Source of the DNA: an uncultured Clostridia bacterium
GTDB lineage: Bacteria; Bacillota; Clostridia; Christensenellales; UBA1242
DNA: 64,000 bases
NCBI GenBank assembly: GCA_944362965.1
Contig: CALVTR010000005.1
Span: 3,700-67,699, forward strand
Direction of reading: 5' to 3'
Shown: piece by piece, positions 20,086-30,338 of the stretch
Layout of the letters: each line of letters begins with the position of its first letter
Numbering within the stretch: position 1 is the stretch's first letter
Translations under genes and position numbers: made by a program
Notes under the pieces: generated by a model
What the model was told of the DNA's origin: nothing
Databases searched by the model: none
Seen by the model: only the letters and a program-made list of their open reading frames with translations

Positions 20086-20703
20086 ATGAAGTCAAAAAAT
20101 AGAAATCATATTTTTAGAGATGCCTGCAATTTTATTCTCGAGTCAATAAAAGAGTGTAAAATAAAAACAATAATAATTATAGTTGTTTCAATAATTACAC
20201 TAATTACAGGCATTATTGTAGCCATAAGAACGCATGACAGCTACAACATACAAAACAACTATGGGGTGGTGGACTTATCTTCAAATAATATAAGCACTTC
20301 CACTTTTTTTACGCGTCTACTGTCGATGCTGCTTGTATTTCTAATATTGCTTGGAAGTTCTTACAATAAGTATACTTCTGTTATAGGGCTCATTTTTCTA
20401 GGCTATAGGGCATATTTGCTTGGTCTTAATCTATGTTTGATGATTATCTTCTATGGGTTCTCAGGCGTGATTGTGTCCGTCATTGTTGCCTTTCCATGTC
20501 AGCTTATAACACTGGCTATACTTGGCGTTTTCTTTATTATGATGTCAAAGACCTTTTGTGACTATAGGGCTTTCGGCGGCTGTAGAATACCTAAGCAAAA
20601 GACAAAAATAATACTTGCAACTTTAATTTTACTACTTCTTGTATGTATCTTAGAGTCATTGCTGCTTACATTATTTAGTGCCAAGATAATACTTGTAATA
20701 TAG
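20086..20703 (+). CDS. SpoIIM-like membrane protein
   Basis: About 5 TM helices, FLGYRAYLLG and P-Q pattern, upstream of dacF; CATAGAAT SigE-like -10 just upstream. Confidence 0.55.
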   Translation: MKSKNRNHIFRDACNFILESIKECKIKTIIIIVVSIITLITGIIVAIRTHDSYNIQNNYGVVDLSSNNISTSTFFTRLLSMLLVFLILLGSSYNKYTSVIGLIFLGYRAYLLGLNLCLMIIFYGFSGVIVSVIVAFPCQLITLAILGVFFIMMSKTFCDYRAFGGCRIPKQKTKIILATLILLLLVCILESLLLTLFSAKIILVI

Positions 20704-20823
20704 GTGTTTTCAAACTATTGATAAAGCAATCCATTTATATTTTGCAAGTTATTTGATAAACATAATAAAAACTGAATAAAAAAGATTTTTTTGATAAAAC
20801 TATTTGCAAAAGGAGAAAGTTTT

Positions 20824-21975
20824 ATGAAAAGATTTTTCATATTTGGTATTTTGTTATGTATATTAGCTACTACATTTTGTATTTCACCAGCCATATCAAC
20901 TTTTGCTGAAGGTGAAGTTGATTTAACTTGCAAGAGTGCATGCCTTGTTGACTATGCGTCAGGAACAATGCTTTATGGGCATAATCCGAAGGAGCATTTA
21001 CCAATCGCGAGCATGGTAAAGATGATGACAATTTTGCTTACACTCGATGAGTTTGATAAGGGCAATTTAACAGAAGAAACTCTTATCACCACAACAGAGA
21101 ACGCGTCAAGCATGGGCGGCAGTCAAGTTTTTATAGACCCTTATGTTCAATACACTGCAGGAGATTTATTAAAGAGCGTTGTTATGGCTTCAGCGAATGA
21201 TGCGTCAGTTGCACTTGCAGAGCACATAAGTGGAAGCGAAAAAACATTTGTAACAAAGATGAATGAAAGGGCGAAAGAGCTTGGCATGAATGATACATAT
21301 TATGTAAACTGCACAGGTCTACCAGCACCTGAACAATACTCATGTGCACAGGATTGTGCGATAGTCTTAAAAGAAGTGGCAGAGCATGATCTATATCACA
21401 AATATAGCACAATTTGGATGGATGAACTTGTGCATCCATCAGGCAGAAAGACCGAGCTTGTCAACACCAACAGACTTATAAGATACTATGAAGGCTGCGA
21501 TGGTGGCAAAACGGGCTCTACGAATGAAGCAGGTTGCTGTTTATCAGCTTCTGCTAAAAGAAATAACATGAGACTTATATCAGTTGTAATTGGTGCAAGC
21601 AACAGCCAAACTAGATTTAATGAGTGCACAAAATTGTTTAATTATGGCTTTGCAAATTATGAATCGAAAACTATACTAGACAGCCTTACGCCTGTTATGA
21701 ACTTAAAGGTTAATAAAGGTAAATGTGACAATGTAGATGTTTATGCTAAAGATAACTTTGCAGTTGTCGTTAAAAAGGGTGACCAGCATGACTACGAAGT
21801 AACATTTGAAAATCCTGAAAAGGTTTCAGCTCCTACTAAAAATGGAGACGTAGTAGGCAAGGCGATTATTTCAAAAAATGGCAATATTATGCAAGAAATA
21901 GATTTGGTTGTAAAAACCGATATTGCCGAGCTTTCACTTAAAGATTGCTTTGATAGAATAGTAAATGCTTGGTAA
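20824..21975 (+). CDS. dacF: D-alanyl-D-alanine carboxypeptidase (DacF-like, S11)
   Basis: Signal peptide, ASMVK (SxxK), SMGGSQVF, SAN, KTG; SD AAAGGAG before ATG 20824. Confidence 0.85.
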   Translation: MKRFFIFGILLCILATTFCISPAISTFAEGEVDLTCKSACLVDYASGTMLYGHNPKEHLPIASMVKMMTILLTLDEFDKGNLTEETLITTTENASSMGGSQVFIDPYVQYTAGDLLKSVVMASANDASVALAEHISGSEKTFVTKMNERAKELGMNDTYYVNCTGLPAPEQYSCAQDCAIVLKEVAEHDLYHKYSTIWMDELVHPSGRKTELVNTNRLIRYYEGCDGGKTGSTNEAGCCLSASAKRNNMRLISVVIGASNSQTRFNECTKLFNYGFANYESKTILDSLTPVMNLKVNKGKCDNVDVYAKDNFAVVVKKGDQHDYEVTFENPEKVSAPTKNGDVVGKAIISKNGNIMQEIDLVVKTDIAELSLKDCFDRIVNAW

Positions 21976-22113
21976 ACAAAAACAAAATTCCATCAGTATA
22001 TCTGATGGTTTTTTGTTTGATTTTATGGGCAAATTTATTGTATAGATAGAAAATTAAATGGCACTAAAATAAAAACAATTCTAAATGTTATTTAGATCCT
22101 ATGATATAAAAAG

Positions 22114-22731
22114 TTATATTAAGATAACATTTATTTCAAAGGAATAATCAATTTCAGGGTAATAAAATTTTAGTTTGCAATCATGAGTCAAATACAGCGA
22201 AAATAGATGCAAGTTTTTGTTTATGACAACATCTTGATCTGTTTCAATTTTGTAATTTAAATCATTAAGTTTGTTGTTTAATCTATCATAGATAGTAAGC
22301 TCAAAAATACAAACATTTCCATTTACAAATAGAGTATTATTTTGAAATTCGCAATCTTGCATTGTCAAAATATCATAGCTATAGCCATTGTTATAAACGG
22401 TGACTTGAATTTGCTCTTTGCTTATTTGGTTTTCAAAACTTGCTATCATTGTCACTTCAACTTGTCCAGCCTTAAGACCAATGATTTTTTCTTTGTCTAT
22501 AGAAATAATATCTTCTTTATTGACAGAAAACGTTATGTCAGCATTAACATTAGAAACTTGATAAAAATTATAAACACATTCACCAACAAAAAGTGATAAA
22601 TCGTGACCTAACAAAGATAAAGGTGACACTTTATCTTTATTTGTGTTAAATGAAAAATAAACAAGAAGCAGCACAATGCTTACAGCTAGAAGCAGCAAGC
22701 TTGTGAGCACGCTTACAACTCTTTTTGTCAT
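22114..22731 (-). CDS. Membrane-anchored hypothetical protein, possible Ig-like domains
   Basis: N-terminal TM, beta-rich IIGLKAGQVEVTM segment; ATG 22731 preferred over TTG 22767. Confidence 0.6.
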   Translation of the reverse strand: MTKRVVSVLTSLLLLAVSIVLLLVYFSFNTNKDKVSPLSLLGHDLSLFVGECVYNFYQVSNVNADITFSVNKEDIISIDKEKIIGLKAGQVEVTMIASFENQISKEQIQVTVYNNGYSYDILTMQDCEFQNNTLFVNGNVCIFELTIYDRLNNKLNDLNYKIETDQDVVINKNLHLFSLYLTHDCKLKFYYPEIDYSFEINVILI

Positions 22732-23083
22732 ACATGAAAATAATAGCAAATTTTGTCGAAAAATCAAAAGAAATTTATTTATAAAGTGGATTTGTTTGCT
22801 TTTTTTGCTCTATAATTGGAAGGTTGTAAGTGTAAATATTCCACTTTCCGGCGAGTCTCGACGCCATTATTTAATTCGCTTACATGTAAAACACAAAAAC
22901 ACTTAATATTTTAAAATTTTGTGCAGATAAAAAATGTAAGTTTTTAATTATTTTTACGCCGTAAAACAAGGTTTTTAGAAAAATAATTTTTTACTTGATT
23001 TTTGCTTAAATATTTAATATAATTAGTATGAGATTTTATTTTGTGTAAAAGTAAAGATATGCTTAATATAGAAAGGGGGCAGA

Positions 23084-23896
23084 ATGTTCTTTTCAGAAGA
23101 TGAAAATATAGAAAACGTGCAAGATAGCCAAGACGAACAAATTGTTTCTGAAACAGAACAATTATCTTTTGTTGACGATAAATACCGATTTAAGCTAGAC
23201 AACTTTGAAGGACCACTTGACTTGCTACTTCATTTAATCAAGGATTCAAAACTTGATATCATGACAATAAAACTTGCAGACATCACAGAACAATATCTCG
23301 AATACATGCAAGACATTGACAATATTGACATGGATAGAGCAAGCGAATTTATCACAGTTGCTGCAACTCTAATTGAGATAAAATCAAAACATATGTTGCC
23401 AGTTGAAACTGAAGAAACACCAGATGAAGAAGATAGTGAAGCGCTATTACTTCAACGTCTTAAAGAGTATGAATTATTCAAGCAAACGGGTGCTAAATTA
23501 AGGGAAATAGAAGATATCAATAAGCTCTATCGTGCACCGGGCAAGGAAACTGAGAAGGTTAAAATCATCATTAAAGATATGGTGCTTGATAAATTGCTTG
23601 ATGCTTTTGCGGCTATGCTTGCAAAGCAAATGGCTCGCGGAAAAGAGAAAGAAGAGCCAAAGAAGGTTGTTAAAGATAGATTTACAGTGGCAGAAAAAAT
23701 TGTATCTATAAGAAGTTATGCTAGAGACCATCGCAGATTTCCATTTGAAGACCTGTTTACAAGTGATATGACAAAAAGTGAAATGATAAATGTCTTTTTA
23801 GCACTTCTTGAGCTCTTAAAGCTGCAATCTGTAAGGGTAGAGCAAATGGGAATATTCCAGCAAATAAACATAATTTCAAATGAGGTTCAATCATGA
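23084..23896 (+). CDS. scpA: Segregation and condensation protein A
   Basis: FEGPLDLLLHLI, FLALLELLK. Confidence 0.95.
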   Translation: MFFSEDENIENVQDSQDEQIVSETEQLSFVDDKYRFKLDNFEGPLDLLLHLIKDSKLDIMTIKLADITEQYLEYMQDIDNIDMDRASEFITVAATLIEIKSKHMLPVETEETPDEEDSEALLLQRLKEYELFKQTGAKLREIEDINKLYRAPGKETEKVKIIIKDMVLDKLLDAFAAMLAKQMARGKEKEEPKKVVKDRFTVAEKIVSIRSYARDHRRFPFEDLFTSDMTKSEMINVFLALLELLKLQSVRVEQMGIFQQINIISNEVQS

Positions 23897-24633
23897 ATAT
23901 ATTAGATGATAAAAATTTAAAAGAGATATTGAAAGCGATATTATTTGTTGCAGGAGACGGCATTGAAAAATCTTTTATAGCCGAAAAACTTGATATAAGC
24001 AGAAAGATGCTTGATAAGGCTATAGGTGAATTAAAAGACGAGCTTAGCGGCGATAATGGGATACACTTAATTGAGTATAAAGATAAGCTTCAACTTGCCA
24101 CAAATCCTAACTATGCAAATTACATATCCGATGTATTAAATCCAATTAGAGAAAAGTCTTTGACTAGAGCGGCACTTGAAACTCTTGCCATAATTGCTTA
24201 TAAACAGCCAATAACAAAGCTGGACATTGAAGATATCAGGGGAGTTAATTCAGATTACGCCGTTCAGATACTTATAGACCAGAACATGATTGAAGTTGTA
24301 GGACGTAAAGACGCTGTTGGGAAACCACTACTTTTTGGAACAACTGAAAACTTCTTAAAACGTTTTGATATAAAAGATATCTCTGACCTTCCTGATTACG
24401 AAGAACTCTTAAATAGAATAAAAACAATAAGACAAGAAGATGAAGAAAAGGAAGATACGCTATTTAGAAATGTTGACGACCTTGAGTTCAATGAAGAATT
24501 GCCAGACTATTTGAAAGGGGAAGACGTTGAAAGAATAGAAGCTGATGCTAATTTGGACAACGAAGAAAAAGAAATTGAAGAAAAGTTAAAATCCCTTGAT
24601 GATGCTTCAAACTCCGACAGTGATGCTGTATAA
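23893..24633 (+). CDS. scpB: Segregation and condensation protein B
   Basis: AALETLAIIAYKQPIT, IRGV, GKPLLFGTT. Confidence 0.95.
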   Translation: MNILDDKNLKEILKAILFVAGDGIEKSFIAEKLDISRKMLDKAIGELKDELSGDNGIHLIEYKDKLQLATNPNYANYISDVLNPIREKSLTRAALETLAIIAYKQPITKLDIEDIRGVNSDYAVQILIDQNMIEVVGRKDAVGKPLLFGTTENFLKRFDIKDISDLPDYEELLNRIKTIRQEDEEKEDTLFRNVDDLEFNEELPDYLKGEDVERIEADANLDNEEKEIEEKLKSLDDASNSDSDAV

Positions 24634-24787
24634 TTCAAAGCCTACAATATAAAGTATTATGTATTGCATACAAAATACTATATATAGTAAATTCTGCAAA
24701 ATAAAAGCCACAGGTTATCCCTGTGGTTTTTGCTATTATTAAAGTTAAATCAAGCATGATTAAATAAAAATAAGCATAGATTAAAGT

Positions 24788-24934
24788 ATGCAAAAACTTA
24801 AAAGCTATGGTGAAAGGTATGCTTATACAAAAGTTAAGGTTAAAATAAATAAAGTTAAAGTTTTAAAAATTTTGTTTATAACTTTGGTTGTATGTGAAAT
24901 TGTCTTAGGTGTGCTATGGGCGGTCGGGCTATAA
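24788..24934 (+). CDS. Small 48-aa single-TM protein upstream of spoIVFB (not in ORF track)
   Basis: MQKLKSYGERYAYTKVKVKINKVKVLKILFITLVVCEIVLGVLWAVGL; overlaps spoIVFB start; preceded by SigE-like GCATGAT-N14-CATAGATT (24754-24782). Confidence 0.55.
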   Translation: MQKLKSYGERYAYTKVKVKINKVKVLKILFITLVVCEIVLGVLWAVGL

Positions 24935-25788
24935 AGCTAAAACAGAAATTAAGAAAGCTGCCAGTTCACCCAACGTTTATATTGCTTTTTTTGTGGTTTG
25001 TTTTGACAAAAAATATACCTACTTTTTTCATGTTTGCAGGCGTTGTATTAACTCATGAGCTTGGTCATTACATTGTTGCTAAAAAATTGGGCTACAAGCT
25101 TGATAGTTTTTTTATAGCTCCATATGGTGTTAGTTTAAATTATAAAGAAAGAGCATTTGACAGCAGGGATGAAATTTTAATTGCAATGGCAGGCCCTGCG
25201 GTCAATTTATGTTTAAGTTTGATTACTGTCTCTCTATGGTGGATTTTTCCTGATGTATACAATTATACAAATTCTTTTGTTATGCAGTCTACCATGCTTG
25301 GTCTTTTTAACTTGTTGCCATGCTACCCACTTGACGGAGGCAGAATTATGGTTGGCTTGCTTCAAAATTATACATCAAGAAAGAAGGCGGTCAAGCTTAC
25401 AAACATTTTTAATTATATTTTTTCATTCATCATCTTGCTTTTGTTTTTTATATCGTGTTTTATAGATTTTAATCCAACCTTGTGTCTTTTTGGATGTTTT
25501 CTAATTATGGGTATTATAGACAGCAAGTATGAATGCAAATATCAACCCATAGCACTCTTTAAAAAGCACAACAAAAATTTTTCTAAGCCTGTGTTTTTAA
25601 CTGTAGATTATAGCGTCTCCATCTCAAGACTATTGCGTCATATAGAAGTAAATAAAATGACTATCTTTGTTGTCAAGCTCAAGGGTGATAGGGTGATTTT
25701 TTTAGATGAAGATAGGCTTAAAAAACTCAGCCTAAAATACTCCATCACAACAACGCTCGGCGAAATTTTTAAACAAGAAAAGGAATGA
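24916..25788 (+). CDS. spoIVFB: Site-2 (M50) metalloprotease, SpoIVFB-like
   Basis: VHPTF N-terminus, HELGH, AGP, NLLPCYPLDGG. Confidence 0.8.
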   Translation: MGGRAIKLKQKLRKLPVHPTFILLFLWFVLTKNIPTFFMFAGVVLTHELGHYIVAKKLGYKLDSFFIAPYGVSLNYKERAFDSRDEILIAMAGPAVNLCLSLITVSLWWIFPDVYNYTNSFVMQSTMLGLFNLLPCYPLDGGRIMVGLLQNYTSRKKAVKLTNIFNYIFSFIILLLFFISCFIDFNPTLCLFGCFLIMGIIDSKYECKYQPIALFKKHNKNFSKPVFLTVDYSVSISRLLRHIEVNKMTIFVVKLKGDRVIFLDEDRLKKLSLKYSITTTLGEIFKQEKE

Positions 25789-26212
25789 GAGCGTCAATAT
25801 TTTTGCGTTCTAATTCTTTTAGATTTGTCAATATTTCATCAAGTTCGCTTGACACGCCCTGATGATCAGCTTGGTCTTTTATGCAAGTCAAAAAGCCCAT
25901 AAAAGTGCCAAGTAGCATAAGCTCTGCTATATGCCTTGTCGTTTTATCAGTCATAGTGGACATATTGATAGAACCCCAGAGTCTTGCCTTTTCAAACCAA
26001 TTATTATCTTTTATCCCTTCAATTTTCTCAGCCTTAGCAAGAAGTTCACATTCTTTTTCAAGGGCAAGATACTTGTCCTCTTCATTTGCAAGTTCCTTTT
26101 GCAGGTTTGTATCTTTCACCTTAGGTAATATGTCTTCTATTGATTGAACTGCCGTGCGAATATTTTGATAAACGGCATTTATGTATTTTGTCATTTTTTC
26201 TTTATCGTCCAT
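25769..26212 (-). CDS. Hypothetical helical (ferritin-like) protein
   Basis: 147-aa ORF with SD GGAGG; helical heptad pattern, HIAELMLLG motif. Confidence 0.65.
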   Translation of the reverse strand: MDDKEKMTKYINAVYQNIRTAVQSIEDILPKVKDTNLQKELANEEDKYLALEKECELLAKAEKIEGIKDNNWFEKARLWGSINMSTMTDKTTRHIAELMLLGTFMGFLTCIKDQADHQGVSSELDEILTNLKELERKNIDALIPFLV

Positions 26213-26297
26213 TTTTCCCTCCTATTAATTGTTTGTGTAATATTTTAATTTTTATTCAATGATGAATACATTTTCTCACTTTGCAAACAATACTAGT

Positions 26298-27698
26298 ATG
26301 AAAAAGTCAACAAAGATACTTCTTGCATTATTTGTGCTAGTGACTATACCATCATTAGTGCTTGGCGGTTCAATTTTATCAGGAATAAAAGCCACTGATA
26401 ATGGCTTTGTTTTTGATTTTGACACAAAAGGGATTATAGCACTAGCTTTAACTGCCATTTCAATAGTGCTTGGAAGTATTTTGTATGCACGTTTTTTGTC
26501 AACCTTGAAACTTGAAAAACTATTATTCTTTTCAAGCATTCCGCTTATTGTAATTTATGGTGCTATTATATTTTTGATAGCTGATTTATCAAACATAGAG
26601 AATGACTTTGCAAAATCTGTGCAAACACTTTTAAACTTATCGACTGACAACGCCTATAACACAATATTATGGGCAATACTTGTGACTCTTATTTTTATTG
26701 GAATTTTATCATTAAATTTCTTTATAATTTGCAGACCTATGAACAGGGTGGAAAAGGTGGTCTCTAGATTGGGCGACGGAAAGGTAAAGGAAGAGAAACT
26801 GACTATAGGTGGTGGCAAGCAATTTAAAACAATTGAGCATGGACTCAATAAAATCAACAACAACTATAAAGAAAAAGACAACTCTTTAAAGACTTCAAAA
26901 CTGCAAAATAAAAGCACGTCAAAGAGACTTATTAAAATTCTTGGAAGAAATAATGTCGCCGAGCTTGAGATGGGAAGGTCTATAACAAGACAGGTAACAC
27001 TTTTATATACGCATCTATTTCACTATGAAAACGATAAAACTTTGCAAGCTGATTTTGACTTAATTAAATCCTATTATAAAGATATCGCTCCGCTTGTTAA
27101 ACGTTTTTCAGGTTATATAGAAGGGTATAATGAGAATGGGTTGATAGCGGTGTTTGCAAGGGCTGAAGATGCCATAGAATGTTCGCTCGTAATTTCACGC
27201 ACTATCAAAATAAAAAATAGGTCAAATAAAAGTGGAAACCATTTATTAGAAAGAATATCTATTTTAACGTCCCGTGTCACTTATAAGGCTATAGGGAAAG
27301 ATGATGATAAAAAGCCTACGATTATCTCAAATGAGAACGAAACTTTAGAGAGAATTGACAAAATCGCAGAATTTATGCAAGCGAAAATAATATTTACAAA
27401 GTCAGTTCTAGACGATTTACCTGTAAACTACAAGCTTGCATATCGCTATTTAGGCTCTGTTAATATGTTTAACACCCAAGAGATAATGTTATTTGAAGAT
27501 TTAGATGTCTATCCAAAGAATGAAGCAGAAAAATTGATTAGAAATAAAGGCGTCTTTGAACGCGGTATAATAAACTACAATAATGGCGACTACAACAAAG
27601 CTATTTCATATTTCCAAGACAATTTACGCAGTAACCCAAGCGATAGGGCGGGTTACATCTACTATAGCAATGCAAAAGAAAAGCTTGATAAGGCTTAA
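26298..27698 (+). CDS. Membrane protein with HAMP-like linker, degenerate class III nucleotide cyclase domain and C-terminal TPR
   Basis: 4 TM; RPMNRVEKVVSRLGDG (HAMP); VTLLYTHL...YYKDIAPLVKRFSGYIEGYNENGLIAVF...AEDAI (cyclase fold pattern); FERGIINYNNGDYNKAISYF (TPR); start 26298 or 26259. Confidence 0.72.
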   Translation: MKKSTKILLALFVLVTIPSLVLGGSILSGIKATDNGFVFDFDTKGIIALALTAISIVLGSILYARFLSTLKLEKLLFFSSIPLIVIYGAIIFLIADLSNIENDFAKSVQTLLNLSTDNAYNTILWAILVTLIFIGILSLNFFIICRPMNRVEKVVSRLGDGKVKEEKLTIGGGKQFKTIEHGLNKINNNYKEKDNSLKTSKLQNKSTSKRLIKILGRNNVAELEMGRSITRQVTLLYTHLFHYENDKTLQADFDLIKSYYKDIAPLVKRFSGYIEGYNENGLIAVFARAEDAIECSLVISRTIKIKNRSNKSGNHLLERISILTSRVTYKAIGKDDDKKPTIISNENETLERIDKIAEFMQAKIIFTKSVLDDLPVNYKLAYRYLGSVNMFNTQEIMLFEDLDVYPKNEAEKLIRNKGVFERGIINYNNGDYNKAISYFQDNLRSNPSDRAGYIYYSNAKEKLDKA

Positions 27699-27758
27699 TC
27701 TGCTGCAAACTTTGTCTGTTACTTGACAAATTCTAGTCTTTAGTGGTATATTTTTTGC

Positions 27759-28535
27759 ATGAAATGGAAACGTGCAATAAAGGAATATCAGTATTGCCCA
27801 AGATGCGGGCTTAAATGCCTTGTAAGTAATGATGTTTGCCCAGATTGTGGGCTATCTTTTTCACGTTTAAAAATAGCCACAAATAAGGAAGCTAAAAATA
27901 AAATCTTGCGTCACGATAGAGATTTTATTATTCGCACTTCAACTTTGCCAAGCGATGTAAGTTTTATAAGGTTGCTGCTTTATGCTTTATTTTTAGGTGT
28001 CTTTGGAACGCATTGCTTCTATGTGGGTAGGTATCTGCGTGGCGCGATAACTTTAGGTGACTTTATAGCCATTTGCCTTTTAACAATTTTTAATGCAGAC
28101 CTAATGGCTATAAATGATGGGGCATTAGTTGGTGTGCTTTCAACTATCTGCGGTCTTATAATGCTATTTTCTTGGATATGGGATGTCTTTATGATTATAT
28201 TTAAAAAATTCAAAGTTCCTGTAGCCATAGATCTAGATATTGAGCAAATAAACAGCTCAGCTAGTGATAAAAGCGAAAATAAGGTTGAAACAATTTCTTC
28301 TACAAATAGTGATATTCAAACTGAGTATAACAAAAATAACCAAGTTGAATTAGAAGATTCTAAAACAAAAGACGAGATAGATGTTGAAAGTATAAAACTT
28401 TTAATACAAGAAGGTAAGTCTTTGATAGAACAAGAAAAGGAAGATAAAAAAGACGTTATAGAGAATATAGAGAAAACCAATATAAAAGTCGAAGATGAAA
28501 ATAAGACTAAGGACAATAGTGGAGAAAATAAATGA
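27759..28535 (+). CDS. Zinc-ribbon + TM2-domain membrane protein
   Basis: CPRCG...CPDCG; [16 protein letters not shown]2 motif; acidic tail. Confidence 0.75.
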   Translation: MKWKRAIKEYQYCPRCGLKCLVSNDVCPDCGLSFSRLKIATNKEAKNKILRHDRDFIIRTSTLPSDVSFIRLLLYALFLGVFGTHCFYVGRYLRGAITLGDFIAICLLTIFNADLMAINDGALVGVLSTICGLIMLFSWIWDVFMIIFKKFKVPVAIDLDIEQINSSASDKSENKVETISSTNSDIQTEYNKNNQVELEDSKTKDEIDVESIKLLIQEGKSLIEQEKEDKKDVIENIEKTNIKVEDENKTKDNSGENK

Positions 28536-29626
28536 GAATAGTTGTAGGAATAAGCGGCGGAGTTGACTCATCAGTTGCAGCTTATCTTTTGAAAGAGCAA
28601 GGGCATGATGTCATTGGACTTTTCATGGTAAACTGGGAAGAAAAAGATGGTGCGTGCACAGCTGAAGAAGACTTTGAAGATGTCAAAAGGGTATGCAATA
28701 AAATAGGAATACCTTATTTTTCTGTCAATTATTCAAAGGAATACTTTAACAGAGTTTTTGAGTATTTCCTTGACGAATATAAGAAAGGTAGAACGCCTAA
28801 TCCTGATGTTTTGTGTAACCGAGAAGTAAAGTTTGGACCTTTTCTTGAACAAGCAAAGAAACTTGGTGCTGATATGATTGCAACAGGGCACTATGCAAAG
28901 AAGATTAAAAAAGACGGGAAATTTTATTTAGCAAAGGCTGCTGATTTAAATAAAGACCAATCTTACTTCTTAAATCAATTAAGACAAGACCAACTTGCAA
29001 GCGTTATCTTTCCGCTTGAAGATATTGATAAACCTAAGGTAAGAGAAATTGCTCATAAATTAGACCTTGTCAACGCAGACAAAAAGGACAGCACAGGTAT
29101 TTGCTTCATTGGAGAGAGAAACTTCAAAAAATTTTTACAAGAATATTTGCCTGCAAAGCCCGGTAAAATCCTAGACTTAAATGGTAATGTGGTTGGGAAA
29201 CATGATGGGCTTATGTATTATACTTTAGGGCAAAGACGTGGGCTAAATATTGGTGGCAAAAAGGGCGGAAATGGAGAGCGCTGGTTTGTTATTAAAAAAG
29301 ATTTAGAAAATAATATTCTCTACGTTTCTCAAGGGGAAGATAAGTTGCTTTATAGTGATTATCTTCTTGCAAGCGGCATGAACTGGATACCTGAAATTCC
29401 TGAGAATAAAGAATTTGATTGCTATGCAAAGTTTAGATATCGTCAACCTGATCAAAAGATTAGCGTGAAGATTTTAGACAAAGACCATATCAGAGTTGAT
29501 TTTGCTGAAAGTCAACGTGCTATTACTCCGGGTCAATATGTTGTTCTATATACAGAAGATGGCATTTGTCTTGGTGGTGGAACGATTGACGAAAGTTTTG
29601 ATAAAGTTGGTAATAAGATAAGTTAG
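28532..29626 (+). CDS. mnmA: tRNA-specific 2-thiouridylase
   Basis: [40 protein letters not shown]. Confidence 0.98.
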   Translation: MRIVVGISGGVDSSVAAYLLKEQGHDVIGLFMVNWEEKDGACTAEEDFEDVKRVCNKIGIPYFSVNYSKEYFNRVFEYFLDEYKKGRTPNPDVLCNREVKFGPFLEQAKKLGADMIATGHYAKKIKKDGKFYLAKAADLNKDQSYFLNQLRQDQLASVIFPLEDIDKPKVREIAHKLDLVNADKKDSTGICFIGERNFKKFLQEYLPAKPGKILDLNGNVVGKHDGLMYYTLGQRRGLNIGGKKGGNGERWFVIKKDLENNILYVSQGEDKLLYSDYLLASGMNWIPEIPENKEFDCYAKFRYRQPDQKISVKILDKDHIRVDFAESQRAITPGQYVVLYTEDGICLGGGTIDESFDKVGNKIS

Positions 29627-29643
29627 TTTAAAAATAGGAAAGG

Positions 29644-29745
29644 GCGGGGCTGATAAGACAAACTCTCACGGGAGAGTTTGTTTGAAAAAAGCTCCGCTTT
29701 TTCCCTGCTTTTAGCGTTAAGCTAAAAGCAGCTTATCAGCCCCGC
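29644..29745. repeat. GC-rich nested inverted-repeat element (four-way junction)
   Basis: 14-bp perfect closing stem GCGGGGCTGATAAG/CTTATCAGCCCCGC enclosing three hairpins. Confidence 0.8.
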
Positions 29746-29858
29746 ATCCCATCAAATTTCACCAACTTCGCTTAAAATATATATTAAAAGGTCAGTATTT
29801 TTCTAATAGGAAGTATAAAATTTATAAAATAAGCCAACCTAAAGACAGGAGGTAAAAA

Positions 29859-30086
29859 ATGATTATAGCAAATTATATCGCTTTTATCATACTACTTATA
29901 GGTGGACTTAATTGGGGACTTGTTGGTCTATTTAATTTCAACTTAGTGGCATGGATAAGCATGGGGCATAGAGTTATAGAAAGAATTATCTATATCTTAG
30001 TATTGATTGCAACAATATGGCTAATCATTGCAGCGGCTATAGACGGTGGAATAGTTCTAACAAATGCTCTATATAGAACTGTATAA
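29859..30086 (+). CDS. DUF378 (YuzA-like) small membrane protein
   Basis: IGGLNWGLVGLFNFNLV signature; SD AGGAGG; SigG/F-like GTATA-N17-CAACCTA upstream; terminator AAAAAAGAAGG...CCTTCTTTTTT downstream. Confidence 0.88.
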   Translation: MIIANYIAFIILLIGGLNWGLVGLFNFNLVAWISMGHRVIERIIYILVLIATIWLIIAAAIDGGIVLTNALYRTV

Positions 30087-30249
30087 TAGAAAAAAGAAGG
30101 CTTAAAAACCTTCTTTTTTATATTAAAATTAATTCATCTATTTGTATAGAAAAAGTTTTTCTAAAATTTTTATAAAAGGTATTAAAAATTAGAAATGACT
30201 ACATTCACTATCTTAAATGCAAAAATAATACCATATATAGTATAAGGTT

Positions 30250-30338
30250 TGGCGCAGAGAACAGGATTCGAACCTGCGAAGGCTTATAACCTTACACGCT
30301 TTCCAAGCGTGCGCCTTAAACCGCTCGGCCATCTCTGC
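30250..30338 (-). tRNA. tRNA-Ser (anticodon GGA)
   Basis: Reverse complement GCAGAGATGGCCGAGCGGTTTAAGGCG-CACGC TTGGAAA GCGTG-long variable arm-GCAGGTTCGAATCCTGT-TCTCTGCG-CCA; upstream TTGACA/TATCTT promoter. Confidence 0.96.

Noticed and set aside
22825-22886. Weak hairpin (TGTAAG...CTTACA with GGCG/CGCC) between divergent genes
   Set aside because: Short, imperfect, and no recognisable riboswitch motif.
29644-29745. tRNA, simple terminator or CRISPR repeat
   Set aside because: No T-loop or CCA, no poly-T after the outer stem, and not repeated with spacers.
30100-30250. tRNA-Ser as integration site of an island or prophage
   Set aside because: No integrase and no duplicated tRNA 3' end noticed in the window.
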